Part shown: positions 1 through 13,750 of the stretch, one piece after another
Layout: the number at the start of each line of letters is the position of its first letter
How positions within the stretch are numbered: position 1 is the stretch's first letter
Origin: Octopus vulgaris
Lineage: Eukaryota
DNA: 64,000 nucleotides
Assembly: GCA_951406725.2 (NCBI GenBank)
Contig: OX597818.1
Location: forward strand, 142,910,001 to 142,974,000
Reading direction: 5' to 3'
Notes under the pieces: model-generated
Told to the model about the DNA's origin: nothing
What the model saw: only the letters and a program-made list of their open reading frames with translations
The model's database searches: none
Translations under genes and position numbers: made by a program

Positions 1-3000
1 GTTTCGAAAGATATCCATCACATGGCCCTTGTTGGGTATAGTTTATGATGACCATCTGGTTGACTTCCTACACAGTCATCACCTCTCCCCCATTCTACTT
101 GTAGGACTTACAACTGAAGCTTTACAAAGGATCTTATCCCTACTGTATTGATGATTATTGATATTACTAGGGTGTAGTAGATTGGTGGAATTATTAGAGC
201 TTTAGAAAATTGCCTTGTGGTATTTCTTCCAGTTCTTTATAGTTTAAATTTTGCCGAGATCAACTTTTGCCTCTTATCCTCTCATCCTTTCAAATAAATA
301 AAGTATAGCATCAGTCAAGTAATGGGGTTGATATTATCAACTATAATTCATCCCTCGAAATTTCTGACCTTGTGCCTATATTAAAAACAATTGCTATTAT
401 TCTGAGAGCCTGTTTGGAATTTTCTTGATTTTCTGAAATTCATTTGCTTCTAAAATTTAAAAATAGAGAAAAGGGAAAAAATATTAAAAAAATAAACTTC
501 TTGCAACATGTGGGAACATGTGGAAATTAAATACTTCTGACAAAGTTGCTCTCTCAGTTGCTTTCATAGAAGTGGTTGTGATGTTTAGTTCTTGATCAAA
601 GCAAATTGTTACCATCTCATGTTTGAGGGGTACAGTTTACATTATCTGATGTGCTTTTGCTTTGTTTGAAGAGGATGCTATTTATGGGATGTTTTGCTGC
701 TATCTTTAACAGGTGTAATGTCCACTTAGAGGCATCCTTATTGGCGTGTAATAGTTTTGCAAAACTTTAGCTGTGGATATTACCACTTCTGTGAGATTTT
801 CTCCTGTTCTGTAAAAATTGCTTTTAGAGTACAAACGACTTTTTTGCATGGAAGTTGCCTTCTCTTCAGAAATATTTTTTACTAATTCTTGTTGCTTCCT
901 CTTATGGATGCTGTCTTCTCATTAGACAGTTCCTCTCCAACAGTAATTACTGTTATAAAATTTCTTATGACAAAATTTATCAGGCTTTAGACTGTCATTT
1001 AGTTTAGTGTATTGTTGTTTGCCTCAAGTCAACTTTATCTAAAAAGACCTATGATCAAAACTGTTCCAGCTGTAATCCTTTTCTAGGACAGTAGTGTGTG
1101 AGTTTAGGGAGATTTGACTGCTATTTCTAGCAAATCAGTTACTGGTGTTAAGGGTGTCTCATTGTCAGACTAACTGTGGAAACATTAACAGCTTGCACTT
1201 CACTCTTATACAGTAAGCCAACAAAGGCATGGTTGCTTGAACTGTTAAAAATGGCAGCCAAATCTCCTTCAAATCTTCCCCTACCATTTTAAATATAAGA
1301 AGGATTTAATAAAATACTTGAAGAACATTTATGAAAAGAAGAAAGATAGGATGATTATGACTGGAAGATTTTTGATAATGTGTCTGCTAAATCAGGGTTG
1401 ACTTGGGTTAAACAACAACAAATCTGTTTATTTGTAATGGTGTTTAACTTTCTCTTTCACAGTCAGTCTACTGTAAACAGTGGGAGCACTGCATGGTTAA
1501 TGAGCATTTATTTTATGTTGCAATGTGGAATTCAAGTTTTCCTATAAACATGGGTCATTATAGAAATATTCACATTATAGCCATGTCTCAATCAATCCAA
1601 TAATGACCATCCAAAGCAAAACCTTAATGTGAGTGAATTTTACAAAGAATTTTTCACAGCAACCACTGCAAAACAGTAAACTCCCGGAAAGTGGGTAGGC
1701 ATGGGTCCATGTGGTTAAGGAGTGGGTCCGTGTGGTTAAGGAGTTTGTAAGTGAAAATATATGAAACCTTTACGTGACACACAGCACAAGTATCTTGTAA
1801 TAGAGCCTTCAATTGGCAATACATTAATTAGAATTTGATAGACAGAAACTCTGGAATCTCATTTGGGCATGCTAGAGCGCATAAATGTTGGGTGTAAGTA
1901 CATGTGTGCATGTGTATATGTTTGTATGAGTGTATGTGTGTGTATGCATCTTTTGACATATATTGGAATGTTCTGTTAAACACCAGTCTGCAAACAAACA
2001 AACCAATTCTCTGTGCTGACTCTTGTTGCTATCTTCATTAGAAAATATGGTGAACGAGTGATATTAGTTTATTGGAAAATTGTAACTAACAGCACCATTA
2101 TTCATAAATCATGTATATAAAACTAAGTGAAACCCACACCAAGGTTTTACTTCCGCTTTCTACAACATCATTTCTATAAATGCCTTCAGTGAAAAGTATG
2201 AATGTATCATCATTTTTCCCTTACTTCTCCCAACTCAATAGGACTAATTGGACATCTCATGATATGAAATACCAAAACATTTGATTTTACGCATTATGTA
2301 TTCTGCTGACAATTAATGGGCTCCTGACAAATTTAATTCTTGTCAGCCTTTTACTTATTTCTTCCCAATTTTCTATCCATGTCTTACCCATGTAAAATAA
2401 ACTTTTCACTCAAAGTGGAATCTAAGCAAAGAAATCAATAAACATGCTGACATATATCATTATTATTCCTTTACCAGTTTATTTCTTCTGTGAGAAAAAT
2501 TAAAGGTTGCTAATCTTCAAAAGCTTTTATCTTTTTGTAAGAGAGAGAGAGAGATTATCTTAACTCCCCTCTTTTTTTTTTGCTGGTATTTTAACATGGA
2601 CAAAATTTATTTCCAAACCCTAAGTTTTTATTAATTTCAATATAACTTTTTGTCAGGTGCCGGTATGGTTCTGTGGTTAATAAATTTTCTTTGCAACCAC
2701 TGTGTTCAGACCCACTATGTGGCACTTTGGTCAAAGAATCTTGAATTATAGTCATTGATTGACTGTTGCCTTATGAGTAAATTTGATGGTTCTTCCATAC
2801 AGATATAAACCGTGAAATGGAATTGAAACCTCTAGTGAACACCCAGATTACACTTTTGCCTAGCAGTATGCTTCCACTCAAAAATGTCTCAATGAATGCC
2901 TGGTTGTGTACTGGTTTTAATTTGGAAAATATCGATGACAAAGGCAGTATATAGGTTCTTTCACTATGATGTACTGAACTCATAAAAACTCTGATATGAG

Positions 3001-3809
3001 CCAAACAATAATATGTTTGTGAAGATTTTCTGAACTGTGGTGACAAGATTCATTGCTTTAGTTGTTGCTGATACCTCTGAGATGAGGAGCCTGAATCTGC
3101 TAAACTGCAATTATCTTAGTAACATCAATTTACACATTGATGGGTGTCTTCAAGCCCTCCATTCCCTGACCACTGTGCACTTTCGTTACTTGTCCTTCAG
3201 TGTTTGTTACCACCAATACATCTAAACCTCTTGATTCAGAATCCTTTGAGTCTAGAAACCTATAAAAATTTTCAGATTCTGCAATATCTGACACTTTGAA
3301 GATCTTTCGATGTGAAAATTATACAAGTCCTTTTGTAACTGCAGCAGACCTGTTTCTAATGAATTACTAAATATGCATTGGGTATGTTACTAGATCAGTA
3401 ACAAAGAATTAATTTATTTACATATTTGACTAAGTAATACAAAAGTATTTACGTTTTTGACTAAGTAATACAAAAGTTCCAAATAACCACTAGAAATAAA
3501 GCTTTAAATAAAATTGTTATCTTGGTGGATGGTCATTTTGCCAATAAATACACACTATTTATTTGATCTTCAGTTTAGCATTATTATTTGTCAGAGTTCT
3601 TTTGTGACACACTCTGTGAACTCTTCAATGACTATCTGTTCTTCTCTTCCATGTCTCCTCTTCTCTCTGTTCTCATCCTGTCTATTTCCATCTTGTCTTT
3701 CTATCCCTATCTGTGCATGCACTTATATCTCTGTGTATGTTGTTAGGTTGAGGCTTCGTCTATTTTCAGCATATCAATAAGATAACTTCTTTGTTATCTA
3801 TTACAGCCT

Positions 3810-5390
3810 ATGCTCTGACAGGCTGTGTAATATGCAGTACGGATCTGGTATTTCTATATCCACCCAGCGATATTGATTTTGCTGTCGAGAATTGTGTGGA
3901 GAGGATCAGCAAGAGTGATGTGGAGTTTCGTAGTGTTGATATAGAGAAACTGGGTCTCCTCCTTAGACTTACATGAAACAAAGGGTACCTAGAAAAACAT
4001 GACCTTAGCTGTTTCTGCATCAGTAGACCAAAATGAGGTAGACCTACTATCAACTCATTGGCCAAGAAAACCCCTATGGAAAGCTGGAGCAGGTGGACCA
4101 GAGCCATAATGGTTTCCCAAAAACTATGAACAGGTGAGAAAAATTGTTGCACATGTGGTAGATGCGAGTACCAAAGTTACAAATAAGGGGCACATGTTTA
4201 AGTTCAATATCAAAATATATGCCTCCAAAAAGGAGGCAGCCATTGTTATCAGTATCACTGGCAATTAGGCCAACCTCTTTATGCTACGGTGAGACAGGAG
4301 ACTCAAAGAACGCTGAGCAAAGAGCTCCATAGCTCTAACCATGTATTCTTGCTACGTTGACGATATCTACATAGCAAAAGCACCTTCACAAGACTATTTA
4401 TGAATCTCAACTAGAAGCTAGCACCATAGAGGGCATCCAGCAAATAGCTTATCCCATCTACCAGAGTATTGAGTTAACAATAGATTACCTAAGTAAGTAC
4501 CTCAACCACTGAACTCTGGCTGCAAACTAGGAATAACAAAATATAAATTCTCCATTTGCACTTTGCCAATTCCATGGTCTCCAAATACTGAGCCACCAGA
4601 ATGCAGAAACTTCGGATGATACTAAGTTCAATATCTTAATAGTGGACTTAATAAGGGTGATGAGTAACGTGTTCCACATGTGTGACCCAACGGAATTAGA
4701 GAGACATGTACACCTCATTCACCACATGTAGCCCTCTGGCTACAATCAAAGAGACAGGATCAGGCTGTACAAAGGAGTCCTGACAAAATTCAAGACCATC
4801 ATAGAGAATCTCGCTAATGGAATGTGCCTACTATACAGGAGTAGATCATGCAATAGCATAGAAAGGACTAAGAAGAAGACAGATATGGTCAACTCATGGT
4901 ATGACAGCCCCAAATCCCAGAACGTCACGTTCATCGATGCTACCGCTGGAGGCGAACTAGCGTATCATGTTAGAAAAGCCTTACGTAAGCTGTATCTGGG
5001 GATTAAAGTAGTAGAAAGGTCAAGAACTCCTATAAAAATCTCTGATCAGCAGAACACAGGCATTTGAAAGAACATCCTGTACTGATACGAATTGTATAGT
5101 TTGTAGAATAATTCCACAGATAAAGGTCAAAACTAGGAATGCGGTCTAGAGCATAAGATGTAGAGAGGGATGGGGCAAAAACAGGACAACGACATACGTT
5201 GACGAGACAACCAGTAGCATAGAAAAGATGGCAGATGAACACTGGCAGGAACTGAAGGAGGAGGAGAAAAGCTCATCACTGCTCTACCGACATGCTAAAC
5301 TAGAAGATGGGGATTCGATAGATAAATAGAAGGTTAAGATCTTATCAATACAGAACAGACATAACACTCAGATAACGGAGGCCACACAGT
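3810..5390 (+). mobile_element. Degenerate Penelope-like retroelement (RT plus C-terminal GIY-YIG remnant, many stops and frameshifts)
   Basis: RT motif A-like VICSTDLVFLYP (ORF 3791-3976), YVDD at ~4354 (tacgttgacgat), linker ATAGGELAYHVRK..IKVVERS (ORF 4822-5067), and GIY-YIG-like TYVDETT..EH..S.L.RH at ~5190-5295. These occur in PLE domain order. Confidence 0.65.
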
Positions 5391-5391
5391 C

Positions 5392-5551
5392 TTTTCTACT
5401 CTAGGCATATGGCCCGAAATTTTTAGGGAGGGAGCCAGTCGATTAGATGGACTCCATTACGCAACTGGTACTTAATTTATCGACCCCGAAAGGATGCAAG
5501 GCAAAGGCGAACTCGGTGGAATTTGAACTCAGAACGTAAAGATAGACGAAA
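5392..5551 (-). mobile_element. SINE, Meta-domain-like family (partial)
   Basis: Reverse-complement match to the family copy at 21482-21714 (ttatcgaccccgaaaggatg..gaatttgaactcagaacg). Confidence 0.75.
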
Positions 5552-6069
5552 GAGGCCACACACAATAGAAAATGGACTGAACCTCAACAGAAACCATGAA
5601 TGGGATATTGACACCCCACCCCCACTCCACTCCCCTCGAGCAACCCGAAGACTAAAGACAAGGGGGAAAAAGAGACAGTATAATATACAAATCCATATCC
5701 ATACAAGATACTCATACATATACCAAGCACATAGACGCTGACGTGAACACATGCGCAGATAGGGTTACGAGATGGAATAGACTTGACAAGACCAAAGAGA
5801 ATAGGAGACATGGAGGAGAGAGAGATAATCATCGAAGAGGATACAGAAAGCGTGATGAAATAACTCTAACAAATAAACTAATAATAATGATAATAGAGCT
5901 AAATAAATAGTGCGTATGTTTATTGGCAAAATGACCGTCCCCAAATATGATAATATCTTATTAAAAATACGATTTTACGTCAAGAATCTTGCAAAACAAA
6001 CACAAACGTTTAAACAAAATGTTATTTTAACAACGAAGTCATTTAGTTGTCGCATCTGAAGAAAGCTTA

Positions 6070-6581
6070 CCGTAAATCCTCGAGTATAATCCGCATTTTT
6101 TCGCCAAAATTTAAAGGTCAAAATCCCTAGTGCGTACTATATACGAGGTTAAAAAGGAAAAATCATTTCCTAAGCAATGTCCGAGTCTCTATTTGCTGTC
6201 CGGCAATGTTTATTCAGACGTATTTTGTGATATCGGGCGCGGAAATACCTTAAGCTAAGCCTGAAAGCAATGAAGTCATAAAAGAACCATCCATAACTTG
6301 CAGTAAGCAACATTTATTAAACGTTATTACTGTTATTTCTTTATTTTCTGCAAACAAAATGCACAAAAAGCTACACGTTTGCATTCCGTTATATATACAA
6401 TAATAATAAAGGACGTTACCGTATACATTTTTACAAACCAAGGACGTTATATAGACCTCCTTGACTCAAGTTAGAGAAGGGGTGCGTATTATACACAAGG
6501 TTTAGGTTTTTCAGAGGTACAGCCTCCTAAAAATCCCCTGCGTATTATACTCAAGGGCGGACTATACTCGAGGATTTATGG
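6070..6581. mobile_element. MITE, Tc1/mariner-pogo type non-autonomous DNA transposon, copy 1
   Basis: Terminal inverted repeats CCGTAAATCCTCGAGTATA...TATACTCGAGGATTTATGG, flanked by TA on both sides. A near-identical inverted copy lies at 58689-59208. Confidence 0.9.
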
Positions 6582-7002
6582 TACGTTTTATTCAGACCTA
6601 AAAAATGCGGCAGCTTTTTGTTTATTGGATGAGTAAGTGGTTTACAGAGGGGTACTAAGAAGTATCAAAGAGTGAAGCTGTGGGTGACCTCTGTATATTT
6701 AGTATACTACTCAAATGGACAAGGCCATATTCAGAAGTAATTTTTGACAACAAAGAACACTAAATAATAGCAAGTTAAATCTATAATGCTAGTACAACAA
6801 TAAAAACATTACAAACATATTCGATTACGAAATGATAATATTTGTACTCCATTCCTGAAACAGAATATGTTGATAATCCTGACGGCATCTTCACGTAGAA
6901 CTAACTGCATTTGCGTTCGTTCATGAATATATATAATACACCATATCTCTTATATATATATATATATATATATCCAAAATAAGCAACAAGAATATCTCCG
7001 GT

Positions 7003-7094
7003 AATTTGGTACGATCGTTTCACGCTACATCATTTTATTAAATATTGTAAATATTACAACAGTTTAAAAATGTTGATCAATCATCAGCCAATTT
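7003..7094 (-). ncRNA. Type I hammerhead ribozyme motif in a PLE 3' end (long, partly decayed stem II)
   Basis: Minus strand reads AAATTGG-CTGATGA-[~59 nt]-GAAAC-GATC-GTA-CCAAATT. Core boxes are intact, loop III is palindromic (GATC) and stem I is TTGG/CCAA. Confidence 0.6.
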
Positions 7095-7703
7095 ATAGAG
7101 GTTTCCCATTAAAGCATAATTTTCATATTAATTGATAACATTATAGAGAAGGTAGATATATAGACAAAGATGTTGATTTGAATTTTAAGAACATTGAGGT
7201 AGTAGAGCTTATCTTATGACTGAAGAGTTCCTTAAGTTATTTTGAACTGCTAGAAGGTTGCGAGGCACATTCAGTTGAAGGAGACAAAAGAGGTTTTCTA
7301 TTTATAGAAATGGGATTAAGTAAATGTCAGAAATTATTCATTAAGAAATAAAAGTGGAGAGGGTGTTATAATGCCCTAGGAGCTGTTTACTACTATTTGG
7401 CAAACAGATCTTGTATCAAGAAAATTAGGTCAATGTCAAATGATTACAATGACCACCTATATATCCAAGAAAAAGTTAAAGAGAATTACAGGGATTCCTT
7501 TACACCCACACACATCGGCTCCACATTTATCTGGTAGGTGTTGATTATATTGATACGTTGGATTAAAGTAGAAATTATACATCTAATATTTATTCATTTT
7601 GGAGAAAAATCTATCAGTTAATGTGAGTAGGCATATTACTTAATAACTGAGGACAAGAGTCTTATTAATAAAGTGAATGCATTAGGGGTTAAATATATAT
7701 TAT

Positions 7704-7750
<47 letters not shown>

Positions 7751-8415
7751 TTAATTCTAAATATGCAATGAAGTTTTTAGTAATCTATGCATGTTGAATT
7801 AAAAGCTAGTATGGTATATTCATTCTTAATTAGTTATAAAGAATTGGAAATTTGAAAAAAAAATTAGGAATGGTCGCAATATCATTATTTGAAATATTTA
7901 AACGTACGGGTTGTGCGATGTATGCAAGATACTCCTAGCTCCAAACGGTTATTTAACAGATTTGTATTATTCCTATGTTTTAAAATCTCATATGTTTCCA
8001 TAGAACAAAGTTCACAACCATCTCTGCTATTTTTATAAGGCCGCGCTTTTCTTACTATATCCCATTTCAGGTCAAATTCTATATTATTCCTTTTCAGTTC
8101 CCAAATTTTACTAGACAGTGTTGTGCAACCTGCCTTGTGTTTAAGCCTAAAGGAGGGAAAATGATTGTTTAAACGTTTTTTTTCAAATCCACCGAACAAC
8201 CGAAATAAAGATAGTTGTTATTTGAAGTCACTATTGTACATTTATAAATTGCATTTTGGACCAAACAGCGGCCAGAAACCGGGCATTTCGATCTGATCCT
8301 ATTACAACTGGGGGGATAATTCCTGGTACTAGTGTTATTTATGGACAATTCGTTTTTTGTTATTCGAGTTATTATTAGTATTAGTGTTATTTGCTCTAAC
8401 AGTAGTTATATTGTT

Positions 8416-8799
8416 GTGGAGGCGCAATGGCCCAGTGGTTAAGGCAGCGGACTCGCGGTCATAGGATCGCGGTTTCGATTCCCAGACCGGGCGTTGTGAG
8501 TGTTTATTGAGCGAAAACACCTAAAGCTCCACGAGGCTCCGGCAGGGGATGGTGGTGATCCCTGCTGTACTCTTTCACCACAACTTTCTTTCACTCTTAC
8601 TTCCTGTTTCTGTTGTACCTGTATTTCAAGGGGCCGGTCTTGTCACTCTCTGTGTCACGCTGAATATCCCCGAGAACTACGTTAAGGGTACACGTGTCTG
8701 TGGAGTGCTCAGCCACTTACACGTTAATTTCACGAGCAGGCTGTTCCGTTGATCGGATCAACCGGAACCCTCGTCGTCGTAACCGACGGAGTGCTTCCA
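8416..8799 (+). mobile_element. Full-length tRNA-derived SINE (tRNA-Arg-like head; resembles octopus OR-type SINEs)
   Basis: A box TGGCCCAGTGGT and B box GGTTTCGATTCC. 13-bp TSD TAGTTATATTGTT (8403-8415 / 8800-8812). A near-identical copy lies at 16272-16648. Confidence 0.9.
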
Positions 8800-9959
8800 T
8801 AGTTATATTGTTATGTAAACTTGGATTACTAGCTATTAATCCATTCTCACTATCCTCACCTTCTACATTTTTACCTTTACTACCTATATTATTGATGATG
8901 TTATTATCATTATTTATATTAATGTTGTTATTATTATTAATATTATTATCACCATAATAATAATAATAATAATAATTATTATTATTATTATTATCATTAT
9001 CATCATTATCATCATCATCATTATCATCATTATTATTATTATTATTCTTGCCATGTTTATTATTATTATTATTACCATTACTATTGTTATTATTATTTAT
9101 ACTATCTCTAGCTAACTTTATATTTTTAGTATTTAGTCTAGCTATTATGGTAGCCATATTTGGAAGAGTAGAATATGATATTCTTACTTATTTCTTAGAA
9201 ATTATTTTATAATATCTATGGGAAGCTGGGAAGTTTTTTTTCTAGTATAGACACAAATCTACTGTATATATTCGTAGAGTTCGCTGAGTTGAAGGGGATA
9301 TTTAACCAGATAACATTTTTTCTTTTGTATTTTTTATTTGAGTAAGAGTGGGAAAGATTTTAATTTTATCTATATTCTTACGAGATTCATTATTCCTTTC
9401 AGTCTTATATTTATGTTTATTAGGTTTTTTTTATTTGTGGGAGAGATTTTTATATTCTTATTTACATTTATTTTATCTGGTTTAACATTTTCATATTTAT
9501 TTATGATCTGTTTACTATTTTCACTCATATTATTGAGTTTATATACTAGGTTCTTTTCTTCTATTGATTTATGTTTATTTAGAGTATGAGATTCTAAATT
9601 ATTTGAGCTATTTACATTCACTTCATCGTTTAAGAGATTTATGTTATCAAGATCCAGGAAGGTGATTTCTTGGTTGTATCCGGCCTTGGATAATGCAACA
9701 TTATAATGATTCGAGTGGGAGTCAAAAGTTTCCATATTCGATGATAATTTTGAAATTCTCCGAGAGATATTTTTCATTATTGATTTTAGTATATTAGGGA
9801 GGTGGTTAGATAATTTCTTTACGTATCTGGTAATCTCACTTTCCTTTCTAAATGGGTGATATAACTTTGAATTTAAGTCAAAGGTAACGTCTAGAAAATT
9901 CACTATCTTGGTGTTATGTTCATACGTAATACCTAAGTTTGAATCTAAATTTTGCTGAA

Positions 9960-9998
<39 letters not shown>

Positions 9999-10461
9999 AA
10001 GTAATGCTTTAGTGCTTGAAGTTGTTGAATTTGTCCCAGTTAATAAGATTAATATTTTCTGGATCATTTGACATAGCTGAAGCCATTCTGTTTACTTTTT
10101 GCATTTGTCTCATAATGCTTTATGAAATTTATAAATTACCAAGTAATTTTATTTCCATTTAATTGAACAACTTTTAGAACATTGTCATTTTATACGATTT
10201 TGCTGGCAACTTCTTAAATTAACATAAACATTTATTTATATGAAAGAAACTTACCGGAGAACCTTCTTCTAATTCTTCCAAATTTTTCTGCTAAAACTGT
10301 ATTGAAACCATTTGCGGGAAAGAAACAGAATAGCAAAACCCAACAATGCAGTCAGAAACGCTTAATGCAGGCCAACAGTGAAGAGAGGTTTTGCTCTGAA
10401 GTTGTTGGTATTCTAATCAGAATGAAACGAAATTGTTATCGTAAATTGATTATTTTATCCT

Positions 10462-10786
<325 letters not shown>

Positions 10787-11109
10787 TACGGTTTGACAAG
10801 CGTACTGATATTCTGTAATTTGTTTATAATCATATGTTAGAGATATGTTTTAATCCACATAATTACCTGGTTGTTATATTATTGCAGTTATTTCCGTTCA
10901 GAACAGGTCTGAATATTTTAATAAACCGTTTTTCTTTTATCTTTCTTCCAACCTCACTTGTGTCATGTAGTTTGTGGAAAGGAAAAATTAGAAACATTTT
11001 ATGACCACATGTTTCTATATGTTCGCTCAATGGAATTTGGCGAACATTGGTGTTCTGGATTTGCTGTCTGTAGACTCGTGAACGTTCCGATAATGCATTC
11101 TCTGTCTCG

Positions 11110-11147
<38 letters not shown>

Positions 11148-11810
11148 TAGATAGATCTTCGCAATTCTGGCATGGCATTTAATGCAGTAGATCAAATTTC
11201 TATTTTTGCAGTTCATATCTGCATTTGCGAAAATATACCCATTTTTTGTTTTAATGGATCTACCAGTATGTATGTATTGACACGTTCCACATCTGTTATC
11301 CTTACACTTGGATAATGTGAATGTTTTATCCTGTTTGTTCATGTTGAATTTTGCCTTTGTTAATAGTTTCTTCAGGTTATTTGGTTGCCTTTTGCTTAAG
11401 ATAAGTGTTTGATTAGTTATTATATTTTTTAATTTTACACTTTATTTTATTATTCACAAATTTGTTTTGATGATGTTAAAAATGTTTTGGTGATGCAGAT
11501 TGTGTGTTACTAGAAATGGTATTGTGTTCCTTTGATGGGTTCGTCTTTTTCGTGTTGCCCTAAGTTGTTCTATAGGTATCTCTTTTGCTCGTTGTATGCT
11601 ATTTTCTATAAGTAAAAGAGGGTAATTTTGCTTGAGCAGAAACCCTTTGAATTCTATAAGTTGTGTGCTTAACTGATATTTATTACAAAAGCACAGACAC
11701 ACACCAGTACCTAAATTTCAAATCATGCCACCTAACACACACAAAACGCAACATCCCGTACTGTCTAGCCAGGAAAATTTGTACTATAGTCGATGATCCA
11801 AATACCAGAA
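10787..11810 (-). mobile_element. Neptune-like PLE remnant with an inverted 5' segment
   Basis: Minus strand: thumb LIEFKGFLLKQNYP..IPFLVTHN (11454-11665) and GIY-YIG KCKDNRCGTC..NLIYCIKC..YIGET (10863-11342). Plus strand 11668-11810 carries the immediately upstream RT segment TDIYYKSTDTHQYLNFKSCH..KRNIPYCLARKICTIV. Confidence 0.8.
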
Positions 11811-13040
11811 ACAACATTAACAGGCGGGTCGACAACGACACTTTTGAAAAAGCCGCCCCATATAATGTTGGATTAGAAAGGTCCAACTTCAAGAATAGCA
11901 TACACTACATTGAACCAAACACAAATAGACCAAGAAGACGCAGGCAGAGAAAAATCCTATGGTTCGACCCGTCTTATAGCATGAATGTAGCTAGTAACAT
12001 TGCTAGGAGATTCTTAAACTTAATAGACAAACACTTCCCTCATTCACACAAATACCACAAAATCTTCAACAACAACACTGTTAAAGTTAGCTATAGTTGT
12101 CTCCACAATAATACTTAATCACAATAAACATAAACATACCAGAAGCACATCAGAAAGACAGTGCTACTGCAGATTACCAAACTACTGCCCTCTAAACAAC
12201 AGCAGTCTCGAGAATGAACTTATATACAAGGCCAACGGAATACCAAAGACGTATATCAGAATGACGGGAACGCTCAAGGAAAGGTATACGCAACACTTTG
12301 CGTCATTCAGAGACAAAAACAAGAAAACATGCCACATCCGTATCAAATATAATATGGGCATTGAAAAAAGGTATGATAAGCAACCCCCAGATAGAGTGAA
12401 AAATCATTACTAAAGCCAAAAAATACAGAGGACAGGACACCAAATGTGAACTCTGCATTATTGAAAAATTAAATATTATTCAATCAACGGACAACATTAG
12501 GGATGAAACATATTCTCCCTGCATACATAAGCAATATTTTACACTCAAATATAAACGAAGGTAACTTACAAACGAGGGCAACCCTACCAGGATAACACCT
12601 CCATATAGGTGAACACACATAGCACAAACTTCACATAACGATGAAGAAATGTCACAAACTCCACACAAATAAGAAACAACCTATAACATTCAAGTACAAA
12701 AACACTATGCCCAGAACAAAACCATACAAATAATGCAACAAAATTAAGAAATTTACAGAAAAGACAAATCCAAGGGAGACAAACTCCAAACAAGTGCCTT
12801 CTAGAGTAGCGTCCCTTGATTCATTGTTTTATTTACGCGAATTTACGAGAAACACCGTAAACGAAACGAGATTGTTTTCCAAAATGGAAGCAAACATGTG
12901 ATCGGCTTGAAAACCTGGTAAGATATTTGGATATTTTCCCACTCTTCTAAACATGAAACCAATGGTAGCCTTAATTCACAAATAAAGAAATCATTTATCC
13001 ACCACTACGGTGTTGAACACTCTTTTCAACGTTCTACATT
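11811..13040 (+). mobile_element. Hydra-clade-like PLE remnant (RT thumb, degenerate GIY-YIG, 3' UTR)
   Basis: NINRR..FEKAAPYN..RRQRKILWFDPSYSMNVASNIARRFLNLIDKHFP..KIFNNNTVKVSYSC, then CPLNN, KCELCIIEK and PCIHKQ fragments to ~12565. Confidence 0.75.
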
Positions 13041-13043
13041 TAT

Positions 13044-13091
<48 letters not shown>

Positions 13092-13123
13092 CACACACAC
13101 ACACACACACATCACACACACAC

Positions 13124-13750
13124 ATGTATGGTGGTTCTCAGGTCGGAGTTACCAGTTGTAGCGTACAGATGAAACGTTACTTGATGTAGAAACAGCGATT
13201 CTTGTTTCGCGTCGGGGACGCTATATGTAGATGGTCGAAAGTAGGTTGAGACCCCGTAATAGCAATATCGAAGAGAAAAGAATAATATTCACAGATTTAT
13301 TTCCCGGCAATGGTTAGTAATACAGACATATTAGTAATTCTATAAGCGACAATGGTACAATGTGTTGCTCGTGCGCCCTTAGTGTTTGTTGGGAGCAGAG
13401 AAGAAGAAAGAGTAAGAATTGCGTTGTCCCTTTCCATTCGGCCCATGCTCTCAGACGGCTGAAAACCGAAGAGATCGATATGTTCTCAGTTCGCCGGTTA
13501 AAAGCCAAAGAGAGACAAGCGAACCCTTCAATTGGTTATATAATGCTCGACCAGGAAGTAGGCCAAACCTAAAACAATGGATTGACCTCTCTACGACCAC
13601 CGAAGGTCTTCGGAGATCAAGGGTTTATCATTAATCTCCCAGCATAGAGATAAAACACAAAGGATCAGACATTCGTCTGACAAGCAGCAAGTGTATGGAT
13701 TCGGCTTCGAATCTTCAGCTAAACAAAGGAAAACGATCTCCCCCATCACA
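13124..13750 (-). mobile_element. Possible solo LTR inserted in (CA)n
   Basis: TGT...ACA ends with an imperfect inverted repeat (TGTATGGTGG / CCCCATCACA). TATA-like (~13537) and AATAAA (~13296) occur in LTR order on the minus strand. No clean TSD. Confidence 0.4.

Larger units (their letters stand above)
6974..9961 (-). mobile_element. 5'-truncated Penelope-like element (Hydra-clade-like) inserted in (TA)n and interrupted by a SINE
   Basis: RT thumb NFLDVTFDL..YHPFRK..SNHLPNILKSI..NISRRISKLSS (9370-9903), Asn-rich linker (8717-9157), GIY-YIG TTLSSKIWELK..LKWDIV..CELCSMETYEI..LLNNRLE..CIH (7885-8199). (TA)n on both flanks; hammerhead motif near the 3' end. Confidence 0.85.

Noticed and set aside
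3791-3976. Host exon after TTACAG
   Set aside because: The translation fits RT motif A of the degenerate PLE that continues downstream.
8416-8490. tRNA-Arg gene
   Set aside because: It has A and B boxes but no acceptor stem, and it runs into a repeated body with a TSD. It is a SINE head.
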